Shown one piece after another: positions 8,962 to 17,056 of a stretch of 56,094 nucleotides of DNA (position 1 is the first letter of the stretch; each line of letters begins with the position of its first letter). The notes under the pieces are model-generated. The model saw nothing but the letters and a program-made list of their open reading frames with translations. It made no database searches and was not told the DNA's origin. A program made the position numbers and the translations under genes. The DNA comes from a virus (Duplodnaviria; Caudoviricetes): positions 1 through 56,094 of IMG/VR virus record IMGVR_UViG_3300027499_000663, one strand, 5' to 3'.

Positions 8962-9695
8962 GCTGCGTTCTCCCTTTCAGTGGCTTCAGTGATGCGCTTC
9001 CACTCCAGTGAAATGCGCTCGGCACCCTTGGTGTCTTTTCGAATGGTTAGCTTGCGTACAGCGATGTCGTGGATCTTTTTCAGTTCCTGCGCAGACTGGG
9101 CGCCGGCCATGGTGTCGATCACTGATTTGATGTAGTCCAGTCGCTCTTGTTTCTGGCGATCTTCCTCGGCGACCCGGTCTTCGGCTTTGTTCAGTGCTAC
9201 TTCATCCCGCACCGTTTCGACATAAGCTGCGTCGTCGAACAGGCCCATATGGATGTCGGCGGAGAACCCGAGAGGTTGCAGACATTTGCCGATGGCGTCA
9301 GTAAGCGACTTTTTGGCTGCCTCCCAGTCGGTCATGATTTTTCCTTGCTGGAAGTAAACAAACGGCGTGTGGCCGTAATGCTCGACAGTGCATTTCTGCC
9401 CGTCCTTGCCCAGGTACCAAAGTTCGACCTTCAGCGTGTGCAGCTTTGCATTGATTCTCGGAGCTTCCGGCCACTCTTTAGTGGGCGCCTGCAGCGGGGC
9501 TCCCTCGTCAAACCGATCTTCGAGCACCGTCCATCCCCAACCTTCGCCGCACGGCCCGAAAACCTCGGTCGCCTTACGCATGAGGTAGGTGGGCTTGATG
9601 GCTGTGCCTTTGAAGCCGCCCATTCCGGTGAAGTTTTTCGTCGCACTGGGGTCGGTGGTGTCAACCTGGTCCCAGATTCTGGTGTTGTCAGACAT
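8958..9695 (-). CDS. Rad52/Sak-like single-strand annealing protein
   Basis: EVFGPCGEGWG and AAKKSLTDAIGKCLQPLGFSADI motifs; next to Gp157. Confidence 0.75.
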   Translation of the reverse strand: MSDNTRIWDQVDTTDPSATKNFTGMGGFKGTAIKPTYLMRKATEVFGPCGEGWGWTVLEDRFDEGAPLQAPTKEWPEAPRINAKLHTLKVELWYLGKDGQKCTVEHYGHTPFVYFQQGKIMTDWEAAKKSLTDAIGKCLQPLGFSADIHMGLFDDAAYVETVRDEVALNKAEDRVAEEDRQKQERLDYIKSVIDTMAGAQSAQELKKIHDIAVRKLTIRKDTKGAERISLEWKRITEATERENAA

Positions 9696-9738
9696 GGGGA
9701 ATCCTTGCCGCGATGCACGCAGCGTTTGAAGGTGTGGG

Positions 9739-9855
9739 TTATTGGGTAACGCGATCAGCCAGAGCGCTGAGCAGCATCAGGAACGTGAAGATGCCAATGG
9801 CCGAGAACGATCCGCGCCAGATCAAAACTCGGCGCGTCCATTGGCGGGCAGTCAC
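9739..9855 (-). CDS. Small membrane peptide (38 aa)
   Basis: GTG overlaps upstream stop; hydrophobic SFSAIGIFTFLMLLSAL. Confidence 0.45.
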   Translation of the reverse strand: MTARQWTRRVLIWRGSFSAIGIFTFLMLLSALADRVTQ

Positions 9856-9977
9856 CGGAACACCCGGTAGGTGGTTGAGTGCGGCACCTGGCAGATGCTG
9901 GTGGATTCCCGCACGGCGTTATAAGCGGCAGCCCCGGCAACGAGAACAGTGACGAGCGTCCAGTAGATGAGCTTCAT
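9852..9977 (-). CDS. Small membrane peptide (41 aa)
   Basis: MKLIYWTLVTVLVAGAAAY; ATGA overlap. Confidence 0.5.
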   Translation of the reverse strand: MKLIYWTLVTVLVAGAAAYNAVRESTSICQVPHSTTYRVFR

Positions 9978-10168
9978 GATCGGACCCTCACCGCGATCCG
10001 TCTGCCTTTCATGGTTGGGGCCAGGCGCTGGGGAAGATTCGCCACCAGTTCGTCACGCTGACGGCCGATAACCTCATTGAAAGGGAGCCCAAAGCCGAGC
10101 AGGGCGATCTTGCGCTCGATGTCGTCGAGCTGTTCGTCGATCAGGCTTTTCACTGGTGGAGTCGTCAT
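9974..10168 (-). CDS. Hypothetical phage protein
   Basis: ORF from MTTPPVK with ATGA overlaps. Confidence 0.65.
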   Translation of the reverse strand: MTTPPVKSLIDEQLDDIERKIALLGFGLPFNEVIGRQRDELVANLPQRLAPTMKGRRIAVRVRS

Positions 10169-10380
10169 GCGGCTCTTCCTTGCCGACGCTCGTAAACACG
10201 GCGCAGGCGTTCGGCATAGTCGGCTTCCTCGGTCGCGCTGATGATGCTCAGCGTACGGAAGATCAGAAGTGCGGTACCGGCGGAGGCCTTGACCACAACG
10301 GGACTGCAATCGGGATCGATCATGCGCTCGATGTAGCCGGACAGCATGCCAATGGCCAGTTCGTGGTTGCTGGCGCTCAT
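10165..10380 (-). CDS. Hypothetical phage protein
   Basis: Coupled ORF. Confidence 0.65.
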   Translation of the reverse strand: MSASNHELAIGMLSGYIERMIDPDCSPVVVKASAGTALLIFRTLSIISATEEADYAERLRRVYERRQGRAA

Positions 10381-10670
10381 GCTGCCCACCGTCCGTTCCT
10401 GCGGCGCGATTCGGCGTCAATCTCATGCCACAGCGCCGCCTCGATTTGCCGGCCGTACCGATTTGCCAGAACGGGAAGGGCCAGGTAGTCGACGTCCATC
10501 CTGACCCCGTCATCGTCGTAGCAGATGGCCGAAACAACCTTGAACTCGAGCTCGCGGCTGCCGTAGAAGTCCCAATCGCTGTTCCAGCTGTTGAGCGCTG
10601 GCGGGATGTTCTCGCAATGGGTCACCTCCACCTGGAGGACGAACCCTTCAACAATCACTTCGTAAGTCAT
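10377..10670 (-). CDS. Hypothetical phage protein
   Basis: ORF from MTYEVIVEG with GGAGG SD. Confidence 0.7.
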   Translation of the reverse strand: MTYEVIVEGFVLQVEVTHCENIPPALNSWNSDWDFYGSRELEFKVVSAICYDDDGVRMDVDYLALPVLANRYGRQIEAALWHEIDAESRRRNGRWAA

Positions 10671-10918
10671 GGTCGCCTCCAGAGTGGCGGTGTTGTTCCA
10701 ACAAAACTCGGCTGCACTCATCCATTCCGCTGGTTGCCGTTGGGCGCGGAGGGGAGTGCATGCGAGTGGTGTCGGGGAGAGTTGCCCAGGCCTGCTACTG
10801 GCGACTGCCTGTGTTTGCAACGTTAAATTGTGTTCTTGCGCGAGTGAGACGCCGGCGTCTCTAAAGTTTTCAGAGGTCATGCCGATTTAGATCTAATCAA
10901 CAACAAAGGAATATCGAA

Positions 10919-11257
10919 ATGGGATTTTTTGACATCGTTGCAGGGATTGGCAAGGCGGCTGGTAAGGCGATGGGAGACGCGCTGACCAAGCAGCATTTGG
11001 AGGCATGGGAAAAGGTTAAAGGTGCATCGTCTACCAGACTTCGCGACTTCTATGACCAAAACAACACTTCCGAGAAAAACAATTCATCCAAGCGCGCTTT
11101 GGCGTTGGCTGCAATGGGTGGATACGAAGCTCGCGATCTCCTCGACAAAGATGAAAGTGCACGCAGAGCACTCAAGAACATGCGCGAGAAAGTGGCGCTG
11201 GATGATTCGTACTCGGCCAATAGTCTGCGTGAAGCGATTGATTCGCTGCTGCGATAG
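10919..11257 (+). CDS. Moron, hypothetical helical protein
   Basis: AAGGA SD; antisense to the early operon. Confidence 0.65.
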   Translation: MGFFDIVAGIGKAAGKAMGDALTKQHLEAWEKVKGASSTRLRDFYDQNNTSEKNNSSKRALALAAMGGYEARDLLDKDESARRALKNMREKVALDDSYSANSLREAIDSLLR

Positions 11258-11470
11258 GATTCTGCAAAGGTTTTCAACTCAGCAGGACGCTTGAGTGTCC
11301 TGCTGACAGCTTTACTTCCACGCACCCAAACGGCCGCCGGTGATCTGATGTTTTAAGCTCACCCATTCCCAAGCAGTAACTCCTTCTCTAGTTCTATTTG
11401 GTGCCCTGTTCCTACTATCTCCCGTTGATTTGCCGCCTGGCCCTGTCGCCAAAGCCAGCTAGTAAAATCG

Positions 11471-11656
11471 TCATGCTGCAGCTTTGCAGTCAGCCGCCGT
11501 CATGCGCTGCCCATCGTCCAACTCGACTACGCACACGCCGTTGGTATAGCCACGCTCCGCATTGAGTCGGTTGGTCTCTCGGATGCAGGCGTCCAGGTCT
11601 TCGTCGGCGAATACCTGCAACTCGCCGCGAAGAGTGATGCGAAGAACCTTGTTCAT
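11471..11656 (-). CDS. Small hypothetical protein, first gene of the PL transcript
   Basis: GAGGG SD; 61 aa. Confidence 0.6.
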   Translation of the reverse strand: MNKVLRITLRGELQVFADEDLDACIRETNRLNAERGYTNGVCVVELDDGQRMTAADCKAAA

Positions 11657-11929
11657 CGAATTGCCCTCGGTTGTTTTCCCAATGCACCCGGTCGCCCAGA
11701 TGCATCAGTGAAAAACTCCGTGTTGCTATCCGCCCCATGCGCGGCGCCGCGGTTTCCCCACCTGGCCGGCGTCACACATTTCGTGTTCGGTGTTCTTCGC
11801 CGGCTGGCTTGCATGGTTTGGCGTCCTCCCATGAGGGGAGTTCGGCAGGTTCCAGAGCCTGCATGGAGATCGAAATTTATGTTTCGCGCTGTGCCCGTTG
11901 CCGGGGATCGATCCGCGAAGATTCCTGAC

Positions 11930-11941
11930 TGTTAAAGAGCG
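11930..11941 (-). promoter_or_regulatory. boxA antitermination element (nutL-like), CGCTCTTTAACA
   Basis: Matches the boxA consensus about 45 nt downstream of the PL -10. Confidence 0.7.
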
Positions 11942-11985
11942 GCGCGGCTTTCGCTGCTGTGCCGGTGATGCGCCGGCTTGAGTTG

Positions 11986-12015
11986 AATTTAAGCAAGCTG
12001 AAATTACCATGTCAA
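11986..12015 (-). promoter_or_regulatory. Leftward early promoter PL (TTGACA-N18-TAAATT)
   Basis: Perfect -35 overlapping the operator repeats. Confidence 0.7.
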
Positions 12016-12047
12016 GCATGCTGAATTAATTAATTCAGAATGCTGAA
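11989..12047. promoter_or_regulatory. OL: three 14-bp operators (11989, 12012, 12034), consensus TTMAGCATGCTGAA
   Basis: TTAAGCAAGCTGAA, TCAAGCATGCTGAA, TTCAGAATGCTGAA; same motif between cI and cro. Confidence 0.85.
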
Positions 12048-12060
12048 ATATTAGGGCGAT

Positions 12061-12084
12061 AAAAAGCCCGCTCAGTGGCGGGCT
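12061..12084 (-). terminator. Intrinsic terminator after the DUF1654 gene
   Basis: AGCCCGC/GCGGGCT stem with a T-tract on the minus strand. Confidence 0.75.
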
Positions 12085-12088
12085 CATT

Positions 12089-12340
12089 TCAGGCTTCGCA
12101 ATACTCTCGCCACCCGATCCGGACGGTGTCGCCGTCCAGGTGCTCAATACGCACTCCGCTCGTGTCCTCGATTTCTTGGATCACCTGGCGCCAGGCCTCG
12201 GGGCTTTCATCGTCGTTGCGCGCGACGGTGATGACTTGGACCTTTTGAACGCCGGGCGCAGTAATAAGGCGCTGGATACGCCGACCCACCAATTCATAGG
12301 ATTCTCGGGAAGGCGCTACGGGTGACGCGATTTTGTGCAT
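12089..12340 (-). CDS. DUF1654 family protein
   Basis: SYELVGRRIQRLI..P.VQ...W..V..EI..T.GV pattern. Confidence 0.75.
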   Translation of the reverse strand: MHKIASPVAPSRESYELVGRRIQRLITAPGVQKVQVITVARNDDESPEAWRQVIQEIEDTSGVRIEHLDGDTVRIGWREYCEA

Positions 12341-12359
12341 GGGAAACGCTCCTTGCTTT

Positions 12360-12379
12360 TACTGGATAAACATACAGTA
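12360..12379. promoter_or_regulatory. LexA (SOS) box TACTG-GATAAACATA-CAGTA
   Basis: CTG-N10-CAG with TA flanks, 20 bp upstream of the DUF1654 ATG. Confidence 0.8.
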
Positions 12380-12464
12380 TTGGTCCTGTAATATTTTGAC
12401 AAGAGGGGAGCTACTCAGCCTTTCGGATATGTAAACAATTCGCACATATCTTTTGTATGGACAC

Positions 12465-12488
12465 AAAAAAGCCCGCGGGCGGCGGGCT
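12465..12488 (-). terminator. Intrinsic terminator after the lipoprotein gene
   Basis: AGCCCGC/GCGGGCT stem plus T6 on the minus strand. Confidence 0.75.
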
Positions 12489-12505
12489 CGAACTTTCAAT
12501 CTAGG

Positions 12506-13021
12506 CTAGTCGGAAAACTTTATTTCAGTAGAAAGGGCCTGTCTGGAAATCTCATAAGCGGACTGTGCTTGGGTATCCGCAGTACTGAATGTGCTCATAG
12601 TCAAAAGGTAGGCATTCCACTTCGTATACAAGTCTTTACTTAGCTCAGCCTGCTTTGCTGGGGGCTTAGCTGTCTTGAGGCGGGCGACGGCTTGGTCGCC
12701 CTCCGAGCGAGCGTGCTTGATGCAGGTTAAGAATGAATCCCCGTATTCCTGAGCTCTCTGTCTTGCACCGATTCGCCGCATTTGAAATCCAGAAGATGCT
12801 TCAAGCCCGCACTGCCACGCAGCCAAGTCTAACTGGCGTGAAAAGTTCATGGCTTCGGGAGATTTTGAGTCATATTTAAATTCGATGGGCTTGAATACGT
12901 GAGGCTCAATCTTTTCCACTGGAACGGTAGGTTGAACTGCTTGTGTTGTTGCGGGTGGAGTAGCGCAACCAGACAGCGCCGAAACGGCAAAAATAGCGAC
13001 GGCAAAGTAACTTAACTTCAA
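12506..13021 (-). CDS. Lipoprotein in the immunity region
   Basis: Signal peptide with LSGC lipobox; TTG start after GGGAGG. Confidence 0.7.
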   Translation of the reverse strand: MKLSYFAVAIFAVSALSGCATPPATTQAVQPTVPVEKIEPHVFKPIEFKYDSKSPEAMNFSRQLDLAAWQCGLEASSGFQMRRIGARQRAQEYGDSFLTCIKHARSEGDQAVARLKTAKPPAKQAELSKDLYTKWNAYLLTMSTFSTADTQAQSAYEISRQALSTEIKFSD

Positions 13022-13153
13022 GGTGGATCCCTCCCATGATTGAGGCCACGACTTTACCATTCGTGGCGCACAGCCACCATTGATCTGAAGGTACAGAGGG
13101 ATGTTCTGGGCGCCATGATACGGTGAACTCCACTACGCAAAGGAGCGCCTGCA

Positions 13154-13309
13154 ATGAAGCTACCCGAAAGCTACAAGGTCAATGGCTACACCGTAATGAA
13201 GGTGGGCGACGGCTGGGAGGTGGCGAATAGCGATGACCACCTGGGTGGCCCGTTCGATCGTGAAGAGGACGCAGTAGAGGCCGCAAAGGCGTTGCCGCCG
13301 AAGGGGTAG
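13154..13309 (+). CDS. 51-aa small protein MKLPESYKV...AVEAAKALPPKG
   Basis: AGGAG SD; below the ORF-track length cutoff. Confidence 0.6.
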   Translation: MKLPESYKVNGYTVMKVGDGWEVANSDDHLGGPFDREEDAVEAAKALPPKG

Positions 13310-13424
13310 GGAAGGCCAGAAAAGAAAAGTCCGACGCTAGGCCGGGCTCTCTGTAGATGGGCCAAATACCTTTGACCGGCTTCACTGGTGGGTGTAACGA
13401 ATGAATACTCATGATGTGAAGGAT

Positions 13425-13814
13425 CTAAGTTTCGGATGAAGGCGGGCTGATGGGGGTGATTTGATATCCGGTCGCTTTACCATGATCATCGCGCACTGTC
13501 TGCAAGGATGCTTGGAGCCTCTCCATCCGCACACGGGTAGCGGCTTTAAAGTCATCTGACGCCATTTTGTCGGCCAGGTCAGCTTTACAGATCTTGATTG
13601 ATGCCTTCAAGTCCGCGATCTTCCTGGTTAACTCCGCCGGATCATCCGTACGAATGTAAACCTTCAGTAGCCAGATAGAAATGTATGGGCTTAACAGCCC
13701 GGTTATAGCCATTAGCACCTGCGTGGCTCCGGCACTATCAGCAAGGGGGGCAAGTACAATTGCCAGTGCATTCAGAAGGCTAGTTGCAAGAGCCATGAAC
13801 ATGTTGTTTTTCAT
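13425..13814 (-). CDS. Two-TM plus coiled-coil protein (operon gene 3)
   Basis: Two hydrophobic helices then a heptad-like tail; overlaps the upstream stop. Confidence 0.75.
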   Translation of the reverse strand: MKNNMFMALATSLLNALAIVLAPLADSAGATQVLMAITGLLSPYISIWLLKVYIRTDDPAELTRKIADLKASIKICKADLADKMASDDFKAATRVRMERLQASLQTVRDDHGKATGYQITPISPPSSET

Positions 13815-14077
13815 AGGCTACCACCTAACATCTTAGCGTCGACCTCGGAGATCCTTTTAAGGGTTCTTTTTCTTAAAAATGATCCGCTCAATAGATAGCT
13901 TTCAGTTTTCTCATCTTCCGTTTTATATTGGATTATTACTTCGCGCGGAAAAATTGAATAAGATATGTGCCGTACTACCTTTCTGGTAAATATGAAAATC
14001 AGTGGAAATCCACAAATTAATACGCCCCATCCAAGTGCTTGCGCTATAAGCTCACCAGTCCACATCTGTGCCTCCAT
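13811..14077 (-). CDS. Single-TM small protein (operon gene 2)
   Basis: ALGWGVLICGFPLIFIF followed by basic residues; AT-rich. Confidence 0.7.
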   Translation of the reverse strand: MEAQMWTGELIAQALGWGVLICGFPLIFIFTRKVVRHISYSIFPREVIIQYKTEDEKTESYLLSGSFLRKRTLKRISEVDAKMLGGSL

Positions 14078-14093
14078 TCCGGATCGTTAGCTG

Positions 14094-14945
14094 TTAGCCG
14101 GAGACTTTTAATATAGCATAAGATGTTCTTGTTCCACTAAGGTCTGTTACATCTTTCTTTTGTATTTCAACATTGTATGATTTGTCTTTTTGAAAGGCTT
14201 CTTCGTTGGCAGCGATTTTCTGCATGAACTCATCATCTAGAATAGTTACAGCAGCCTCAAAGCCGTCTTCACTTGCAATGCTCCATCCCCGACGACCTTT
14301 AAAGTTTAGCTTGGTAAATTTAATGATTTTTAGTATTGTTGTTGTTTCAATTTTTTCCGTAAGATCAGTTTTTAGCGGCTTGAAATTCGCTATTTCAGGT
14401 TCTTGAAGGGTGACGATGGAATCTGATGAGATAAAAGATATCTTAGGATTATCCTTCCCTTGCATTGGCCCTTGGATCACAGCATGTAGAGCCTGTCGCA
14501 CTTCTTTGCTAGATATAAGTTGAGCAACATCGCTACTGGTTTCAATTTCCTCTCCATCGACCGTTACAATGGCCGTTTTTTCTTGAGCGTTAATAAATAC
14601 GCGATCTATTTTTTTGTCTTTGATGCGATCTATGATTCCAATCGCTGAGCCAGATGCTGCAAACGCTGCGCCACCAATAATTCCAATAGATTTTAGTACG
14701 GTAACGGTCGTCAACGGGTCGGCAAATATGGAGTAAATAATCTCCAATGAGCCCTCGACCGCTGGCGCTACTACACTAAGGCTTGCTTCTGATGAACCAT
14801 TGCTAACAATTTTTGCAGATTTTGTTATTAGGTCATCCATGCCGATTATTGCAGCTCCAAGATCCTTTGCCTTAATCTGGTGGTGCTCCAAATCGCCGGT
14901 GGCGTCATAAGAGATTTTAAACTCTGTTACAATTTTATCGCTCAC
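14094..14945 (-). CDS. Hypothetical 283-aa protein (operon gene 1)
   Basis: GTG start after GGGGAG; AT-rich; central glycine-rich hydrophobic segment. Confidence 0.8.
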   Translation of the reverse strand: MSDKIVTEFKISYDATGDLEHHQIKAKDLGAAIIGMDDLITKSAKIVSNGSSEASLSVVAPAVEGSLEIIYSIFADPLTTVTVLKSIGIIGGAAFAASGSAIGIIDRIKDKKIDRVFINAQEKTAIVTVDGEEIETSSDVAQLISSKEVRQALHAVIQGPMQGKDNPKISFISSDSIVTLQEPEIANFKPLKTDLTEKIETTTILKIIKFTKLNFKGRRGWSIASEDGFEAAVTILDDEFMQKIAANEEAFQKDKSYNVEIQKKDVTDLSGTRTSYAILKVSG

Positions 14946-15101
14946 AAAAAAAACTCCCCATATTTAAAAGTGGTGGGAGGGGCGGCAACTACATCAATGG
15001 CCATCCCTGCCAATTATCATGTTTTATACGAAACCGTTTGTTATCGGGCTAAATAAATAAGCTCTATTCATTTATTATCCACCCTTGAGTGGACGATCCG
15101 C

Positions 15102-15314
15102 TCATTTCTTAATGTCTTCCGCATATCCCGCCAACTCGTCCTCATACTCCTTAAAACGGGCTGTGATCTTCAGAAAATCTTGGGCGTCAGCATCTTGCCC
15201 GGTTTCAGAAAATTTTCCGGCCGCCTGCATTAGATCGACGCCTGACCATTTGAGCAGGTCGGCGGCTTGTTTCAGCTCACACCGCATCTCTTGGTCGGGC
15301 TTGGTGAGGGGCAT
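15102..15314 (-). CDS. Small helical hypothetical protein downstream of cI
   Basis: ORF from MPLTKPDQ, 16 bp after the cI stop. Confidence 0.65.
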   Translation of the reverse strand: MPLTKPDQEMRCELKQAADLLKWSGVDLMQAAGKFSETGQDADAQDFLKITARFKEYEDELAGYAEDIKK

Positions 15315-15330
15315 CTTCGATTCCAAAGGG

Positions 15331-15984
15331 TCAAAACTTCTGAAGTGCCCGGACGACAACACCAACGATCCGGCAATCCTCGGTGAACGGTTCAATTCGC
15401 CAGGCTGGATTCAGCGGTTTCAGGAAGAGTTTCCCGCCGTCATTGACCAGCTTCTTGAAGGTCGCCTCATTGCTATCCGGCAGTTTGGCGATCACTAGCT
15501 TGCCTGGGGTCGCCTCGGATTCTGTATCCACCAGGATCAGCGTGCCTTCTGTGATGCTTTGCCCGACAGGCGAGGTCATCGAATCCCCTTTGACCTCTAG
15601 CCAAAACGCTGGGCCCTTCGAGTCGTATTCGGAGAATTCGTAGCGATCGGAAAAGCCGGCCGGGTAGGGCTCGACTGCCTCGGCCCAGGCGCCCGCGGCG
15701 ACCCAGCTGATAACCGGATAGCGGAAAGACTCTACTGGCTGCCGGGCTTCGCCGACATTTGATTCTGAGGCTTCACGCTCACCTCCCTCGCCGATCGCAA
15801 GCCATTCAGGTCTGAACCCGGTCGCTTTTGCCAGTGCGTAAAGGTTCTCGGGCCGAAGGCTTTTGCTTTCCCCCGAAATCCATTGAGTGACGGCCGAATT
15901 TGCGACGCCGCAAAGCGCCGCGATTTCGCCTTTCTTTTTCCCGCTGAGCTTGATGGCTCGTGCAATACGTTCGTGTCTTTCCAT
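15331..15984 (-). CDS. cI: CI-like repressor (HTH plus S24 autopeptidase)
   Basis: N-terminal HTH; VAAG cleavage site; GDSM serine and TFKK lysine motifs. Confidence 0.95.
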   Translation of the reverse strand: MERHERIARAIKLSGKKKGEIAALCGVANSAVTQWISGESKSLRPENLYALAKATGFRPEWLAIGEGGEREASESNVGEARQPVESFRYPVISWVAAGAWAEAVEPYPAGFSDRYEFSEYDSKGPAFWLEVKGDSMTSPVGQSITEGTLILVDTESEATPGKLVIAKLPDSNEATFKKLVNDGGKLFLKPLNPAWRIEPFTEDCRIVGVVVRALQKF

Positions 15985-15994
15985 GGACCCAATA

Positions 15995-16064
15995 TTAAGT
16001 TAACTGAATTTAAGCATGCAGTCGTCGAAAAACCACATTGACTCATTAAATTAAGCATGCTGAA
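15995..16064. promoter_or_regulatory. OR: three operators (15995, 16010, 16051) with divergent PRM/PR
   Basis: TTAAGTTAACTGAA, TTAAGCATGCAGTC, TTAAGCATGCTGAA; TTGACT -35 at 16038. Confidence 0.85.
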
Positions 16065-16093
16065 ATTGCGTAAAGCTCCAACGAGGATGCGCA

Positions 16094-16273
16094 ATGAATA
16101 CGCATGAAGTCGCCCAATTCTTCGGCAACAAAACAAAGCTGGCACTGGCGCTGGGCATCCGTCCGAGCGCAGTGACCATGTGGGGGGAAACCATTCCCGA
16201 ATCCCGTCAGTACCAAATTCAAGTCCTTTCCAAGGGCAAGTTCAAGGCGATCAAAAAAGAGCAGGCCGCCTAA
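16094..16273 (+). CDS. cro: Cro-like repressor (59 aa)
   Basis: MNTHEVAQFFGNKTKLALALGIRPSAVTMWGETIPESRQYQIQ; divergent from cI; not in the ORF track. Confidence 0.9.
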   Translation: MNTHEVAQFFGNKTKLALALGIRPSAVTMWGETIPESRQYQIQVLSKGKFKAIKKEQAA

Positions 16274-16485
16274 CTCAATTTTGCTCGCCTCGACGCGAAC
16301 AAGACGGTTGCGCGCTCAAAGCCGCGTAACTCATCAGAGCAAAGCCGATCTCGCATAGGGTCAGCGATCCGCTCAAACGCAGGCCACAGCCTGAGTTGGG
16401 ACGACAAGGGAAGGGTGGAAGCTAAGGCAACCATCAAGCAACAAAGGGCGGCTATCTCGCCTTGTAATTCGGAATGAGTGGTCAT
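16270..16485 (-). CDS. Hypothetical protein between cro and cII, on the opposite strand
   Basis: 71-aa ORF converging on cro. Confidence 0.4.
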   Translation of the reverse strand: MTTHSELQGEIAALCCLMVALASTLPLSSQLRLWPAFERIADPMRDRLCSDELRGFERATVLFASRRAKLS

Positions 16486-16568
16486 GGATGAGTCCCTGAT
16501 CAGTTGATGACCAGATCATCGCTTTGTTGGCGTAACGCCACCACGGAAACAAATTTGAGGTTTTACGA

Positions 16569-16991
16569 ATGGAAGATTTTCTGCGGGCCTGCCAAAGCGC
16601 TGTTCTGGATAACGAGGCCAAAGCACTGGCGGCAAAGATGGGCGTTGCGCACGTTGGCCTGCTCCAGCGTGCCAATCCCGACAACGATGCTCACCACCTG
16701 ACCGTGGAGCACTTGTTCGGGATCTTGCTGCACACCCGTGACATGCGGCCTCTGGCAGCGCTCGCAAATGAATTCGGTTTCGACCTGGTCGCCAAGTCTG
16801 CTCCCCAGCCTCAGGCGCTCACCAAATCGCTGATCAATGTCGGCAAGGAAGTGGCTGATTTGACTATCGCCGTGCACGAAGCGCTCGGCGACGACCATGT
16901 CAGCACCTTCGAAAAATCCTTGATTCGCCAAGAGATCAACCATGTCCGGCAAAGCCTGGACGTGATGGATGCATCGGTGAAGGCCGCCTGA
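16569..16991 (+). CDS. CII-like phage regulatory protein
   Basis: LAAKMG...ANPDND.HHLT motif; position after cro. Confidence 0.75.
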   Translation: MEDFLRACQSAVLDNEAKALAAKMGVAHVGLLQRANPDNDAHHLTVEHLFGILLHTRDMRPLAALANEFGFDLVAKSAPQPQALTKSLINVGKEVADLTIAVHEALGDDHVSTFEKSLIRQEINHVRQSLDVMDASVKAA

Positions 16992-17056
16992 ATACCAGGC
17001 ACAAAAAAGCCGGGATTGCGCCCCGGCTAATTCGATACCACTCAATGAGGCGGATT

